Below, in pieces: positions 1-27,699 of a stretch of DNA of 64,000 nucleotides. The translations under genes were made by a program, and so were the position numbers. The stretch is from Raillietiella orientalis. Taxonomy: Eukaryota. Positions within the stretch are counted from its first letter, which is position 1. Each line of letters starts with the position of its first letter. Under the pieces are notes generated by a model, which did no database searches, was not told the origin of the DNA, and was given only the letters and a program-made list of their open reading frames with translations. The stretch spans positions 1,054,001-1,118,000 of the forward strand of contig JAYWIR010000036.1 in the NCBI GenBank assembly GCA_036172245.1, read 5' to 3'.

Positions 1-554
1 GACTACTTTTAAATAGCAAACTTTCATTTTAAATCATTGTGGGGGCTAACGTTGATCTTTTGCTCATATTTGATTGCCGGACAGGTGCGGGGCCGTGCTA
101 TGAGTTTCATAGCAGCTGGTTCCTGCGGTCTTTGCTCCGGACAGAACATTCTAGATAACTTGTGTTGAATCGGTTCTCTTTTTCGGACCGTGGGATGAGG
201 TGGACCACAGTGCATTTTCTTTTGAAAAGTATCACTCTGACGGCTTTTGTGCATAATAGCATTGCTCGTGGCTTTTGTTGAAGTGGTCCCTCGTTTGCTT
301 ACAAGGGACCTTGTGTTGTTTCGGTGGACTCGACCACCCGGCAATCTGCCGCGCGACGCTCACTTATGCGTAAGGTGCACTGCGCTTCTTACGATGAATT
401 CGGATTACTTCCTCGTGCAGAGTGTACGCACCGTCATCTTATTCATTCGTTCATCATCTTCATTCTGATGCTTTAAAGCCGGAGCCACATCATTGCATCA
501 CTAAGCTTCCAAGTCGAAAGTCGGCCCACCGGTGTCCATCTGAAGCGGTCCTTG

Positions 555-590
<36 letters not shown>

Positions 591-3500
591 GTTTGTATAT
601 GTGTGCCCCCCCCCCCCCCCCCCAAGTCCAACTGACCTCCTTGGAAAGTTACTTTGGGTGCACCTTTCGAAAATAAGGGTAGGGGTTATCCTTCCACTAA
701 TGGTCGCACACGTCTACTGTGTCTGTCTGAAAGCATGCAGCATACGCTTTCAAGACTTTGCAGCAAAGTCAGTCAAAACCTGCAGAGTCCACATTTTCGG
801 ATTCCCTAAAAATGGATGCCATTGGAATCCGGCATTTCCAACCCACTCTGAACTGCGGGAAAAAGTTCTGCTCAGCTTCCCATATTCGATTCAGCAGTCG
901 CTGGAGTCACTTTCAATGCGGATAAATGAAGGGAAGGACTTCATAAATTAATGGGAGCAGAATCGGTTGGAAAAATTAACTGGGAAGCTGTGCGTCACTT
1001 TTATTGAAGGAGGATAAAATTCACGTGATAATAAAGGGAACGGAAAGCATCAGTTGTACAATGAGAACTCGATGGTATTAAAAGAAAGTCGAAGAGAGAT
1101 GAAAAGTGAAAAGCTAACGTCTTCCATCTTTCAGTATTGCGAAGACTTGTTTTCCCTGTGAATCATTACCCCACGTTTTGTGGAAATACATCTACAAAAA
1201 TGTAGATCGGCTCCGGGAAAGAACTTTAGCGATTTTACTGTGTAAATGCGAATTATCGAGGATGGAAAGACACCCAAAAAAGTCTTACGTAGAGTGGTTT
1301 CTTACGTACCGGAGGTCCGGCGTTCGCGGGAAGGCAGAACCGCCCGCTTCCTTCATGGTGATTCCGGAGCAATGAGTCGACAGAGTGGAGGAGGATGACG
1401 GTTTGACGAATTCACCGCGAAGATCGGTGAATCGTTTGTTCGAGATTCCCCACGGCCATCGACAGCCCGCGGTCAAGTACATAGAGAGCCATGGCGAATC
1501 GTCGATCCAAGAAATATGAGCCAGCAAGCTGCAGCACGGATAATGTTTCCACTATAACTATGGCAAGCTGCAACTTACCGGTTCTCCGGGTACGTGAAGA
1601 TGCTCCGGCACACGGCGTGAAAAGGTCTTCTCACACATTGCTCCTTGAATGAGATAATGAGTGTGTGGGCTTGGGAAAGCGTTCTCGATCGTTCTAACAT
1701 GTGATTTCTTCGAAATATGGAGGTTTTTCCTCAAACTTATTGCTGAGCCGAGGATCAGGGAAGCCCCGGTCGTATGCGTGATCAGCGCGAATGCTTTTAT
1801 GCCGATGCAGCCAGTGCGTAAATGGGACCTATCCGAACCGGAGCACGAGGAAGCGGAAGAGCCATTAAACAGCACACTACCTAAGACCAGTGCTGTTTAA
1901 TGGGTGCGAAATAGCTGCTGGCCGCTGGATCGCCAGCCTCTGATGTTCACGGAAGAAACCCTTTCCGGTGAGGGTTGCCGTGCTTAAGAATGATGGGCAA
2001 CGCCTGGTTCATTTTGGGTTTGCAGTGCCTCGTGCCGTCCTCATGGGCGACGACGCCTCGTTTCATTTCGTTCTTCGAACTTCTCAAAAGAGTCCAAGGC
2101 ATCCTACCAGAAATGGAATCCCGACTTATCCAGAGTTTCTTTGGGAATCGCGCGCGAGCTTCACACCGCAGTCATTGATGTGTCAGCGAGCCGCTTTTCT
2201 GCACAGATTTGTCCTCCACACGTAATGCTCATTAGGAAACATCTCGATTCGGAGTTTGGTTGCGAACAGCAGAAGGTGTGGAGATGCCGTATGGTTTAAA
2301 ATGAAATGTTTTCGGGGGCGCTGCTTTGATCAGTCGGGAACACCAGTTGCGTAATAAAAATAGCCTTGTTTGAAATTTCCTATAGCATTTGGGAAAGATT
2401 TCCATGCTCCTGTTTCAGTTCGGCGGAAGGAAAGGGGTTCACGCTTAGCCCGTTGACTCCACGATTTTCTTATGCGTGCGCGTGTGCTTCTCCTTGAGAA
2501 AACAAATGTCAGCCCGCATCCGAGGTGAGTCTCTATTTGTCCAAATAGGCACGCACGGTTTAGTCTAAATTTAGCCATCTCCGGAAAAGAGAAAGACAAA
2601 AAAAAAAAAAAAAAAGGTGAAAAGGAATTCCGTGAGTGTTTCGATGTTTCCCATTCGTATGGCGTTTCAGGGAGCAGCATTGTGTAGCATTCTGTCAATG
2701 AACCATCGATTGATGTGGTGCCGTAAACCGTACTCATCCGTCCACCAAGTCTTTTCTCGAAGTTGGTGGAAAGTTGGAATGGTGTTTTCCTTTGGTACAT
2801 GTCTAGTGAGCCAGAAAAGGCTTTCTAGGCCCAGCGGAATTGGGCTGAGGACTGTAGGGAACCAACAGCGGCATTCGCTCGATCCTTCTTCGTGAATTAA
2901 AAGTAAAAGTGGGCAGCTTGAGTTTCTGTCACAAAGATACGGAAGGATTCGTTAGCAGCTGAACTGAGTACCGTAATTGGGAAACCGTCGTGATGGGTCC
3001 GCTGCACTTAGGACGAAAGGCACACTCCAAAGCAACCGCTTTCTGGTTCCGCCCTGGTTTTCATCCCGTCGCGATTTTGTCCTGCAGTTACTGTTCGTAC
3101 ATTGGCTGTTTACGGGCGGGCATTGCGGAGCTTGAAAAACAGGGAAGAAAGATTAGCGTCCCAGCTCCTCTAAGGAGTGAAGTTTCCGAATTTGATCTTT
3201 CCGCAACTCGATGAATGTACGTGCTGGTGGCTTTTTGCCATTGTTCTGCTTTCAGCTGGTTTTCCCACGCTTGCGCATATTTTAGAAGTCGTAGAAGCTG
3301 TTCGAATACGAGTCGGAGGAGGTTGCATTCAAAATCCATTCAAAGTCGAATAGACCCCCCCCCCCAGGTTCTCTTCGACTTTGAATTGCTTCGTTCTCCC
3401 CATCCCACCCCTTGTGGGACTTGGGGAAAACCCTAGGTTGCTCTCTTCGCGAGCCTTAAATGAAATAATGCTTACCATATAGCTCGGAAAGCTGGCACGG

Positions 3501-6500
3501 AATCCAGGGAAGTCTGTTGTGTTCCAGACATCGTGTGTTCTAATCACGTGATGTTTGCAACACATGAGGCATGTAAAATTTTCTGACCCTGCTATCACTC
3601 CCACGTACACGGGACTTAGTGTACAAGTATTAGAAAAGTGGATGAAGATTTAAATTGAATATGAGCGCCTCCGATTGCAAGGTCATAATAACCTTGCAAT
3701 TTGCTGCAAATTATGAAACGTTTGTCAGTATAACGAATGGAATGCACTGCTGTGGAAATTTAGTGGTATTGCAAGTTTGTAATAACGAACGTTTGAATCG
3801 TGAAGCCCTTGAAGCAAACCCTTGTTGTTTCTGAAGGCAAAAAAAAAAAAAAAAATATCTACGAAGTGAAATCCATGTGAGCCTTCTTGGTGACTGCGTC
3901 ATGTGTGCCCTCTGTATTCGTCACGTGTGAAGTACACGTGTTCTGTGTTCGTCTGCTACTATAATTGCCCTCAGCCCTCACGATGCTCTGAAGCAAATAT
4001 CGGAATTTGTGCATTCCTTTTCTCACCACCTCAACTGTTTTCTCCGAAAATGCTTCCGGAACAGCGGATTCCGAAAAACTTGCGGTTTCTTCTCAAATTT
4101 CGCGAAATGTTCTCCGTGCAACACTACAAAAAAGGTTTCATCTGCAAACCTCCAGCTGTCTCCTTCACTTCTCGTGGAAAAGGGAAATGCAAATGTAAGT
4201 CTTCGTTGTCCGGTCTTTAAGCGTTTGGAAAATTCAGAAATTACTCAGAGCATGAAGTATGAGTTTCAACATAAACGGACTTGAAATAAAATCTCTTGCT
4301 GCGTTGGAAGTGGTATTAGTGAGTGTTTCCGGATGAGTGTCGCGTTTTTGATCATCTGCTTGTGTGTTGGTCACCCACTCTGTGATTCATTTGGACTCCA
4401 CTATGAATAGATCTCTTAGGTGTGGTTCGTTGAATGCGAAAGTAATGTGAAGTAACTCAGTGTGCATTGTTCTATGGGAATTTCTCTTTCGGGAATTTAG
4501 AGCGCTTATTTATCCGGATCTTGTGGAGCTGCTGCTGTTGGAGACTGAAAAGTTGTTGCTTTCGAATGCAAAACGGATCCCAGTTCGTGCAGCAGTTTCT
4601 TGTATTTTCTCATCCTTCAAGTCTTGTGAGAATAACAGCAATGAAATGAACTTAGTAGAACTTTACAGTAGCCTTTTTCGATTTTTTTTTGCTTCAAGTA
4701 GCCTTAATAGATTCTTTGGTAAGTGAGGTTAAAGAGAAGTGGTCCATAAAGCAACAGCATCGTCAAAGTTGAATTGAACTCGAAAGCACTCGGAAAGAAC
4801 TTCAGACGGGACCTCCTTAACTGTGTAATGCTAGATTCTTTGTTCATACAAGAGAATATGATCCTCGAAGAATGGACTCCTCACTTTCATTCCTCTAAAT
4901 CGGAAATGCTCTCCATTACCGCTTCTTTCGATAGCTTTCATTTAGTTGGTAGGGCGGTGTACCTTTGTCTGTGATTGTTCCGAAGAATGGAAGACGAAGT
5001 AATCACTGAAGAATGGAAGCAATCACGGAAAGTGCATGCTAGGTCACCTTGGAAACGTACGTTCACTCTGCAGCAGAAACGTGGTAATCAGAGATCGATC
5101 GTTAGTTGATAGTCATCACAGCATTAGAATTCACAAAAATCATTGGAGAAATGATTCCGTGCCAGGAGTGGAACCTTTCCCCGCCTCTCTAAATTCAGTG
5201 GTGGTGGTTGGAACGTTCTCCAGACAGTCCTTTCTGACTCGGTGTCGTGCTCATGCACTCATCGTCTCATTTTAAAGCACACATAGGTTGATGTGTTCTC
5301 TTAATTTTTTCAACCAAGATGCGTGTTCCTCTCAGTCTCTTGTATTGTTTCGCGCAGAATCTCGCGATTCCGCTGTTACGTCACGTGGTCTTTCGGAGTG
5401 GACGATCAGATCTGGTTGTCCAGTGCTGTGTCGTATGTGCCGTGCTGGGTTGCAGAAGTGTATGTGAAAGCTGTGTGCTCCTTCCGCTTTATTCCGTCCA
5501 TGTCGCTGGATACGATTTGCTCACCGTGCTTTTTATTTGGGAGGAGCGGACGAGGGAGCCAAGAGGAGGGAAAAACACAAAGCAAAACCAAAACAAAAAA
5601 AAAAAAGAGAGAAGCAGACTCGCCGCCGTTTATTCAAAAAGGAAAATTTGTTTCGCAGAATGCTACTACAGTGAGGACGGGTTTGCAATCGCAAGCCCTT
5701 CGCAGGGACAGCTCAGCGTCCAATGAAATACGATGCTCGCAGGCATTCAATTTGTAACAAATTCCCGGGATTTTGTACGACCGGGAAAAAAATCGAAACC
5801 AATCTCTTGGAGAAGCTGCTTCCGGCAATCATGCATCCGAAAACACAGTCCGTCCATGTGCGCCTTACAGTCACGGGATTGCTGGCGTCTTTCACTGGAC
5901 TCCGGATGTCTCAGGAACACTGTCATCCTTTTTTTTTCCTGTGAAGCGCCCCTGCAAACGCGCAGTTCCACGTCGAAATGGTGTTGTGTTAGGATGGCAG
6001 TCAGTTGACACGTCGGAAGACTTGTGTTTGGGTCGTTGGAGCACGGAACCCCTGCGTTGTAGACCTTGCATTCTGCGCTCTTTGACTTGTCGACTTGCGA
6101 TGTAACCAGTGACCAAGGCTATTATTTCTTGCTTTCCACTGGTTGTTTCCATGGTTCCTTTCCGCTTCAGCGTGGCATCACACTCGCAAATACAGATTCC
6201 CTACTAGGAGCGAATCCTAAGAGATCTCCGTAAGCAGTTTCCTGTTATTCTAACATAGAAAGGTCTCGTGGTTCCTCTGCTTGCGAGCGCGGAGCGTGTG
6301 AAACACACACGCGGGTGTATCCTCCTTGCCTCGTTCGGATCACATTTATCCTTCTGGACCTTTGCCAAAAGACAGCAGCGTTGTAAAGTGAGAAAGACTG
6401 CACGCTTCAAGTGATGCGGTGTAATCTTTCCATGTTTTCCCATACACGCGTCTCACATTCTCTCGTGCGAGGTAATGAAAAGAAAAAAATAGAAAATAAA

Positions 6501-6784
6501 CCAGCGGAACATCTTTTGATGCAACGTGCAATGTAATGTAAGATGACACGTCGGGTAGCGACAGTGCGTCCGTTCGTCGAGTGTCGAGGGCGGATTATCG
6601 GAAAGGCATCCTCTGCACTTCGCTTCCCACTCCTCGTTGTGTAGGTGTGGAATTCCTTGCGAACGTGGAATTCCTCACCTATGTGTCGTAGGTGCGCGCG
6701 TAGCACGTAGTCGTTTCGTGAGCGAGGGTTTCTAAAAGTAACCAACTTGCGAACCCTAGTGGTAGCACTCTTTGTGTCCCTACA

Positions 6785-7010
6785 ACGTCCAAACAACACG
6801 GAACCTGACGATACGTTTCCCAGCCAGGTCCGCCTCGGAAACGAAGGGGAGGAGGTGAGCAAGAAAAAGAAGAAGAAGAAAAAAAAAAAACAATACAAAT
6901 AAATAACCAAATCAACTAAGCTGGTTTGAAGGGGTTCGGGAAGGGATCACAATTCGCTGCGGGGCGTCCTCTGCATCCTTTCAGCCATGCCTGCCAAGTG
7001 CGAAAGGAAC
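6785..7010 (-). mobile_element. 3' fragment of the L1/Tx1-like LINE family
   Basis: Contains the family motif GGATGCAGAGGACGC (minus, ~6965-6979), then the T-rich tract and the CCGAGGCGGACC...CAGGTTCC 3' UTR block, as in the copies at ~37.4-37.5, 45.6-45.8 and 58.5-58.7 kb. Confidence 0.6.
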
Positions 7011-10000
7011 CCCATCCGTTGGGCGAAATTATCCTTGAGGATCGCGGAGAGTTGACCCCATCCGGAAACAAAAAACAGCCAACAACTGCTAAGAGCGCGG
7101 ACGCAGGCGAGGAGGGGATGAACATCGGCTTCTCGGTCGCTTCGAGAACAGCCCGAAGTGGCTCTGGGAAAGCAACCTAGATTTCGGCCTCCAAAGGGTT
7201 GATCAGCAGGGTTTTTCCTTCCTCTTTTTCTTTGCTCAGCGGAGGGGGTTTCGAAAGGGAAGCCCTCCGAAATCCGTCTGCAGAACTCCAGAGGCTGGTA
7301 TTCGTCTAGGGGTGCTGGTATTCGTATTTTTAGGGTAATTAGTAAAGCAAAGAAGGCGACGTCTCGTTTTTGCCCTGCACGCTTCCCCCCGAATTTTCGA
7401 AACGAGTCCCGATTTCCTACGTAAGTCCCCCTGGGTTGGCGTTCCTAGGGAGGAGCCCAGCGTTCCACGCTCGTGTTCGTTGGTGCGTGCGCCGCTGGCG
7501 CTTGCAAGGAAGACCCTCTCTAGCGTGCCTTGAGAAGCGTTCATCTGTCTGAGCAGCAGCCTCTCCGCATGTTCAGGTCGAGGTTGAAATTCTTCGGCTT
7601 CTTTCTTTTTCTTTGTCGCCACCTTTCAAATAATCCCAGAGGCAAAAATGAAATTGGACTAACGGAAGGCCAGCGGCACTCGTTCCTTTTCCGACTCCTG
7701 CTCGGAAATTCCTGCACACACCGCGCGGGGCTTCCTGTTTTCCACCGAGCACTTTTGCGGATGCGTCTATTTATCAGCTGGCTTCGGCAATTTATTATCC
7801 CATTCATCCCCGAAACCGTGTAATACGCAAATCAGTCTCGAGCCGGAGGTACTTAAGGGAACGAGGACTCTGGCTGAAGCCAAAAAAAAAAAGAAAAACG
7901 GAAAGAAAAAGGAAAAGAAAATCAAGGGAAGGGAATGATCGAAATGTGAAATCCCAGTTGATCGATAGATGGAACAGGAATGGTGGTTGGAGCCATGCGC
8001 GGCGAAGGCCGGCCGGTGCGGCGTTCGGGAACGCCGCCGAACCCCGGGATCTGCTCGCTACTCCGGGGTCCGCATCCGCATCCCCGGATGCAGCCAGTTC
8101 GACTCGTCCCGGCCGCGTGGCGGCGGAAACCGGAAGCGAACGCTGTCCCCCGCCGCATCTTTTATGAGAGTGTCCGGGGATGCTTGCCGGTGCTTCTCGG
8201 CTTCCCGCTCTACTTTCCATTTCAACTTCCAGCCGGGCTCTCCAGGGCAGCAGCAGCTTGAACAGAACTCAGCTGCAGGCCCAGCCGCGTCAGCAGGCAT
8301 CTGCTGGCATCCCCGAAGCGTCCATGTTGTTGCATCTGCAACGAACCCCCGAACCAGAATTCCAATATCTGCCGGGAAAAGAATGCAGTGCGCCGCGAAG
8401 ACTCCAAACGTTTTAATTGCTATCAGCGCTTTTGCCCAATTTTTTTTCCTCTTTTTTTTTATCTTCCAGTTCCATCGATCCTAGTGCGTCTCAAACACCA
8501 GTAAATTCCTTCCATCACCCGCGTTTTTGCGCTAAAGAAAGAAGAAGAAGAAGAAAAAGAAAAAAAAACTCCGCGCTTATCTTCGATTCCCAAGATAAGA
8601 GCAAGTTTTTGCGGCTTAAGCGTGCAGCAGCACTTTGGTACCTTTTCGCGTTCTTCTTCTCGTCGCGCTCTGTCGTTCGATCTTCGCTCTGTTGCCGAGG
8701 GACCGGCCCTCCTCTCGAGCACGGGTGGCGGGCGTGCCTTTGATTCGAATCTCCTCGTGTCCTGAGGAAGGTGGTCCTCCCGAACCTGCTATGCGTCCGA
8801 AATGCGTCCGTGGTACCTAGGAAGAGCCCATCGATCCGTGCGGTATTGCGGGAAGACGAAAGAAGGAGAAACGCAGCGGTGCGGAGACGAGGGGCTGCTT
8901 TGAAAACTGGCAGAAATTTTCCTCTCGTCTGAAAGACTCGAGTGAAGACGGTGGAAGATCAGGCGTAGCTGCGGCTGTGGGAGTGCTCCCGGCAAAAAGG
9001 AAGGAAAGAAAAGCCAAGTGAAAGCTCGGGAGCGATTGATCGGCAGGTTCCCGATGTTTCTCTGCTAGGAAGTCCAACCAAGCAGTTAAGTACTTGAGAA
9101 CCGCAGCGTCACTTTGGACTGGGGGGAGAGGGAGGGGGGGAAGCAAGTGCTTTGCCGAGCTCCTCGAATGCCTCGCGCTTGTGCAGACGCGATTGCCTCC
9201 TCCCCCCTCCTGGGAGGGCGGCCCTGAAATCCGTGAGAGTTGAGAGCAATGAAGGAGATGCGGGTCTGTTCCCTTTGTTTGTTCGTTCATCCCTCCGCCC
9301 GCATCATGGCTGGTGCTGCTGCTGCGAGTTTTGTCTGGAGCGGAAAAGTCGCACCTTTCGAAGTAGTTGGCCGTTGCCCCTTACTTAGAGAAGGAACCGG
9401 AACAGAGAGCGTTCGGGACCACTTCCGGAGGCCTGCGCGCGACGAGTCGCGTCCTACGGCCTCGCACTTGAGGGGGGCGCGCGCGCACTCTGGACCGCTG
9501 CTTCCCCACCGAAAGGGATCCGAAAGCATTCCTTCCTGTGTGTGCGGGGTGGAAGGAGAGGGAACTTTCATCTGCGCCGGGAAGATGCCTCCTCCCACCC
9601 ACCCCTGCCTCACTATCAGCTTGACAAGGTCGGGCGTGTCCTCTGTGATGGCTGGAAACTGCCAGCAGTGAACTCGTGGAATGCAAGCTAAAGCCAGCGG
9701 TTTTGCGGATTTTTTAGGTTAACTAGCAGGTCTCGACCTTTGAGGACTCTCCCGCGCTTGGCGCCTGGATCTCGCGGATGCGCTTCCTTTTGACTTTCAA
9801 GTGATCAGACTTGACGTTTCTTCTTCCGGCCAAGTGCTCCCACCAGCCATTCATTTCACCCGGGCTGCAAGCCGTTGATTTCATCCATCCTTCAGCCGTC
9901 TGCGGCATCCCTCGCTCGCTTGCATTCCCGGTAAGAAAAATTCGATTCCCTTGTAACACCGAGGACATCGACGCCTCCTCCACGGGCGAGGTGGCTTTCC

Positions 10001-10321
10001 AATGTCCCGACGCAAAGGGCGCGCGTCTCCATCCGTGTGCGCAAGCGAGGAGATCCTGGGAAGAGTCTTTCAGTTCGCTTCCGCCGTACCAGGCGCCGGA
10101 GAGAAGGGTTGGCGGCGGCATCTCGGGAGGGTTCGCCCGGAATGGGAAGTAGGTCTTTGGAGCACCCTCCCTCTCCTCAGACCAACTGCGCTCCCGGCTT
10201 GCGCTCGTGGGGCAGAGCTGCGCGCGTCGTGCAGGCTGTCGGATGGAAGCGACGCGCCGGCCGCGGGTCTCCTTCCGGACTTGCCCAACGAACTGTTGTG
10301 CCCCGAAGACAGTGTGATAGG

Positions 10322-10340
10322 ATTTTGTTCTTCCAGCAGG
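10322..10340 (+). promoter_or_regulatory. Splice acceptor (TTCCAG/CAG tandem) just before the PMCA ATG; cis-spliced 5' UTR intron or trans-splice site
   Basis: ATTTTGTTCTTCCAGCAGG|ATG. A possible upstream non-coding exon has a GTAAGA donor at 9931. Confidence 0.55.
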
Positions 10341-25588
<15,248 letters not shown>

Positions 25589-25668
25589 AAAGAAACGAGA
25601 AGATAAAAGGAGAGGAGGAGGAGGAGGAAAGGCAAAACGACAAAACAAGAAACAAACAAACAAACAAA

Positions 25669-25693
25669 ACACACACACACACACACACAAACA

Positions 25694-25747
<54 letters not shown>

Positions 25748-25805
25748 AAAAGGAAAAACCTTCCCTTTCTCCCCACCCCCCTCCCCGAAACAACAACAAC
25801 AAGAC

Positions 25806-25840
<35 letters not shown>

Positions 25841-25884
25841 CGCACGCGCGCGCGCGCGTACACGTACACGTACACGTACACACA
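25669..25884. repeat. Compound (AC)n/(CG)n/(TACACG)n microsatellite in the PMCA 3' UTR
   Basis: Read directly. Confidence 0.9.
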
Positions 25885-26807
25885 AAACCTAAAGTCCCCA
25901 CCTCCCTCCCTCCCCAGAAAACAGCGGAACCACACTCTCGGACAACGCAAGATCTCCACGTGTTCTCCAGTCGAGGAACATCAACATACAGCTGCTGCCC
26001 CTTTCTCTTCTCCCCAAGTGGAAACCGATTTGTTACGATAAACACGGTGTAAAGTTTTTCTTTCTTCCTTTCCTTCCTTTTTTATTTATTTATTTATTTT
26101 TTTTTTTCCTGTTGTTGTTTTAAGACCCTATACTTCACTCAAGAGCGAACACTCGTGGTGGGCGTAGTGTTGAGCGGTACAGCAGCCTCCTTGGTTTACC
26201 CATGCGGGTTTTCTGTTTGAAAAGAGTCAGAGCCCGAGGAACAGAATCTCTCCATCGAGAAAACAAAAGAAAAGAAAAGAAAAAAAAAAAAAACAGATAT
26301 TTATTATCGTTCGTTGCCTATCCTTGTTGATATCCCTGTTTCATCTGGAATATGATGGTGTACCTTTTTTCTGTTTTTTTTTTTTTTTTAAAGAAAGAAA
26401 AAGCCCCCCTCCCCCCTCCCCCCCCCAAAAAAAAAGGAAGTGAAGCTGGAAACGCAGTATGCGCTGAAAAAATTTTATTTATAGGATTCTAAAGGATGCG
26501 TCGAATAATCTCAACTGTAAATAATTATGGTAAACGGAATGCATTAAACACGTTCTAGGTAATTTCCCTTCATTGTGATAACTGTGCTAAATTGTGCGTT
26601 CTAAACCGAGGAAGACAGGAAGACGTTTGTTGTCGATTTTGTTAACATGGGGTTTTCTCCCCCCCCCCCCTCTCCCCTCTCCCTTCTTCTTCTTCTTCGA
26701 CGGGGGGGTTCTGGGTAGGGGGTAGGGGGGACGCGCGCCGGAAATCGCCCGCGTCCCGGCAGCGCCCCAGTCTCGCCGCCGCGCGCGGCTTCCGGCGGTA
26801 GGGTCGG

Positions 26808-26811
<4 letters not shown>

Positions 26812-26869
<58 letters not shown>
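26812..26869. repeat. (CT)n microsatellite
   Basis: Read directly. Confidence 0.9.
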
Positions 26870-26870
<1 letters not shown>

Positions 26871-27495
26871 CCCCCTCCCCTCTCTGCCCGCCCCCCCTAC
26901 CCGCCCTCTTCCCGCTCTCCCGTCCGGCGGCCGGGCGCGCGCTCCCCCTCGCTGGGCGTTCGTTCCTGTGGGAAGCCCGTGCGAGTCCCCCCCCCCGTTC
27001 TTCTTACCTCTTGTCCGTTAGATTTAGTCGAAGTAGTTTGTGCCGCACCCGTAGTTGGCGTTGCTCGAATTCGACCGTGGAAAGCGAGTGGGGAGGGGGA
27101 GGGGGGGAGGGGCGAAGCAAGCAAACGAGAAAAGTGACGGAACTCGCTCTCTCTCGAAACGTGTCGAAAGATGGAAGGGAAAAAGAGGAAGCAGGAAGAT
27201 GCAAAGAGGAGAAGAGGAAGCCGGAAGTGTCTGCGGAGCGAAAGCGGCCGTGGATGGATTGGTGCAAGCGTAGAGAGCTTACTTTTGATCCGCTTTTAAG
27301 ATGGGTGCTTGAAAAAGAGTCCTGTTTTTTTGCTTGTGGAAAAAAAAAAAGAAAAAAAGAAAAATAGAACTTTTTCATTTGTTCACACGGGGAAATTCCT
27401 ACAACTAAAACACGGCATCACGAGCACGATTCTAAAAAGATTCTAAAAAGATTGTTACCTAAACAAAGAATCTGTATCGAATTTTAATGTCAAAC

Positions 27496-27501
27496 AATAA
27501 A
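27496..27501 (+). terminator. Candidate PMCA polyadenylation signal AATAAA
   Basis: AATAAA followed by a T/GT-rich tract (27510-27580), just before the retroelement cluster. An ATTAAA at ~26543 is an alternative. Confidence 0.45.
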
Positions 27502-27699
27502 ATATTGATATTTCTTACTGTTGTGTTTTTATTTGTATGTCACTTCGAGTGTGTACAACATGTGTGTGTACTGTTTTATTTGGTGACTTGGTGACGGAAT
27601 TTCCCCCTCCCCCCTTTCCCCCTCCCCTCCCCCCCCCCTCTTCCCCGAAGAAGCGCTGCGTTCCCGCGGACGCTCGCGATCTGCTTATCTTCTGCTCGC

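Noticed and set aside
1..10300. Short ORFs upstream of PMCA
   Set aside because: No recognisable domains or consistent exon chain; treated as intergenic or 5' UTR intron.
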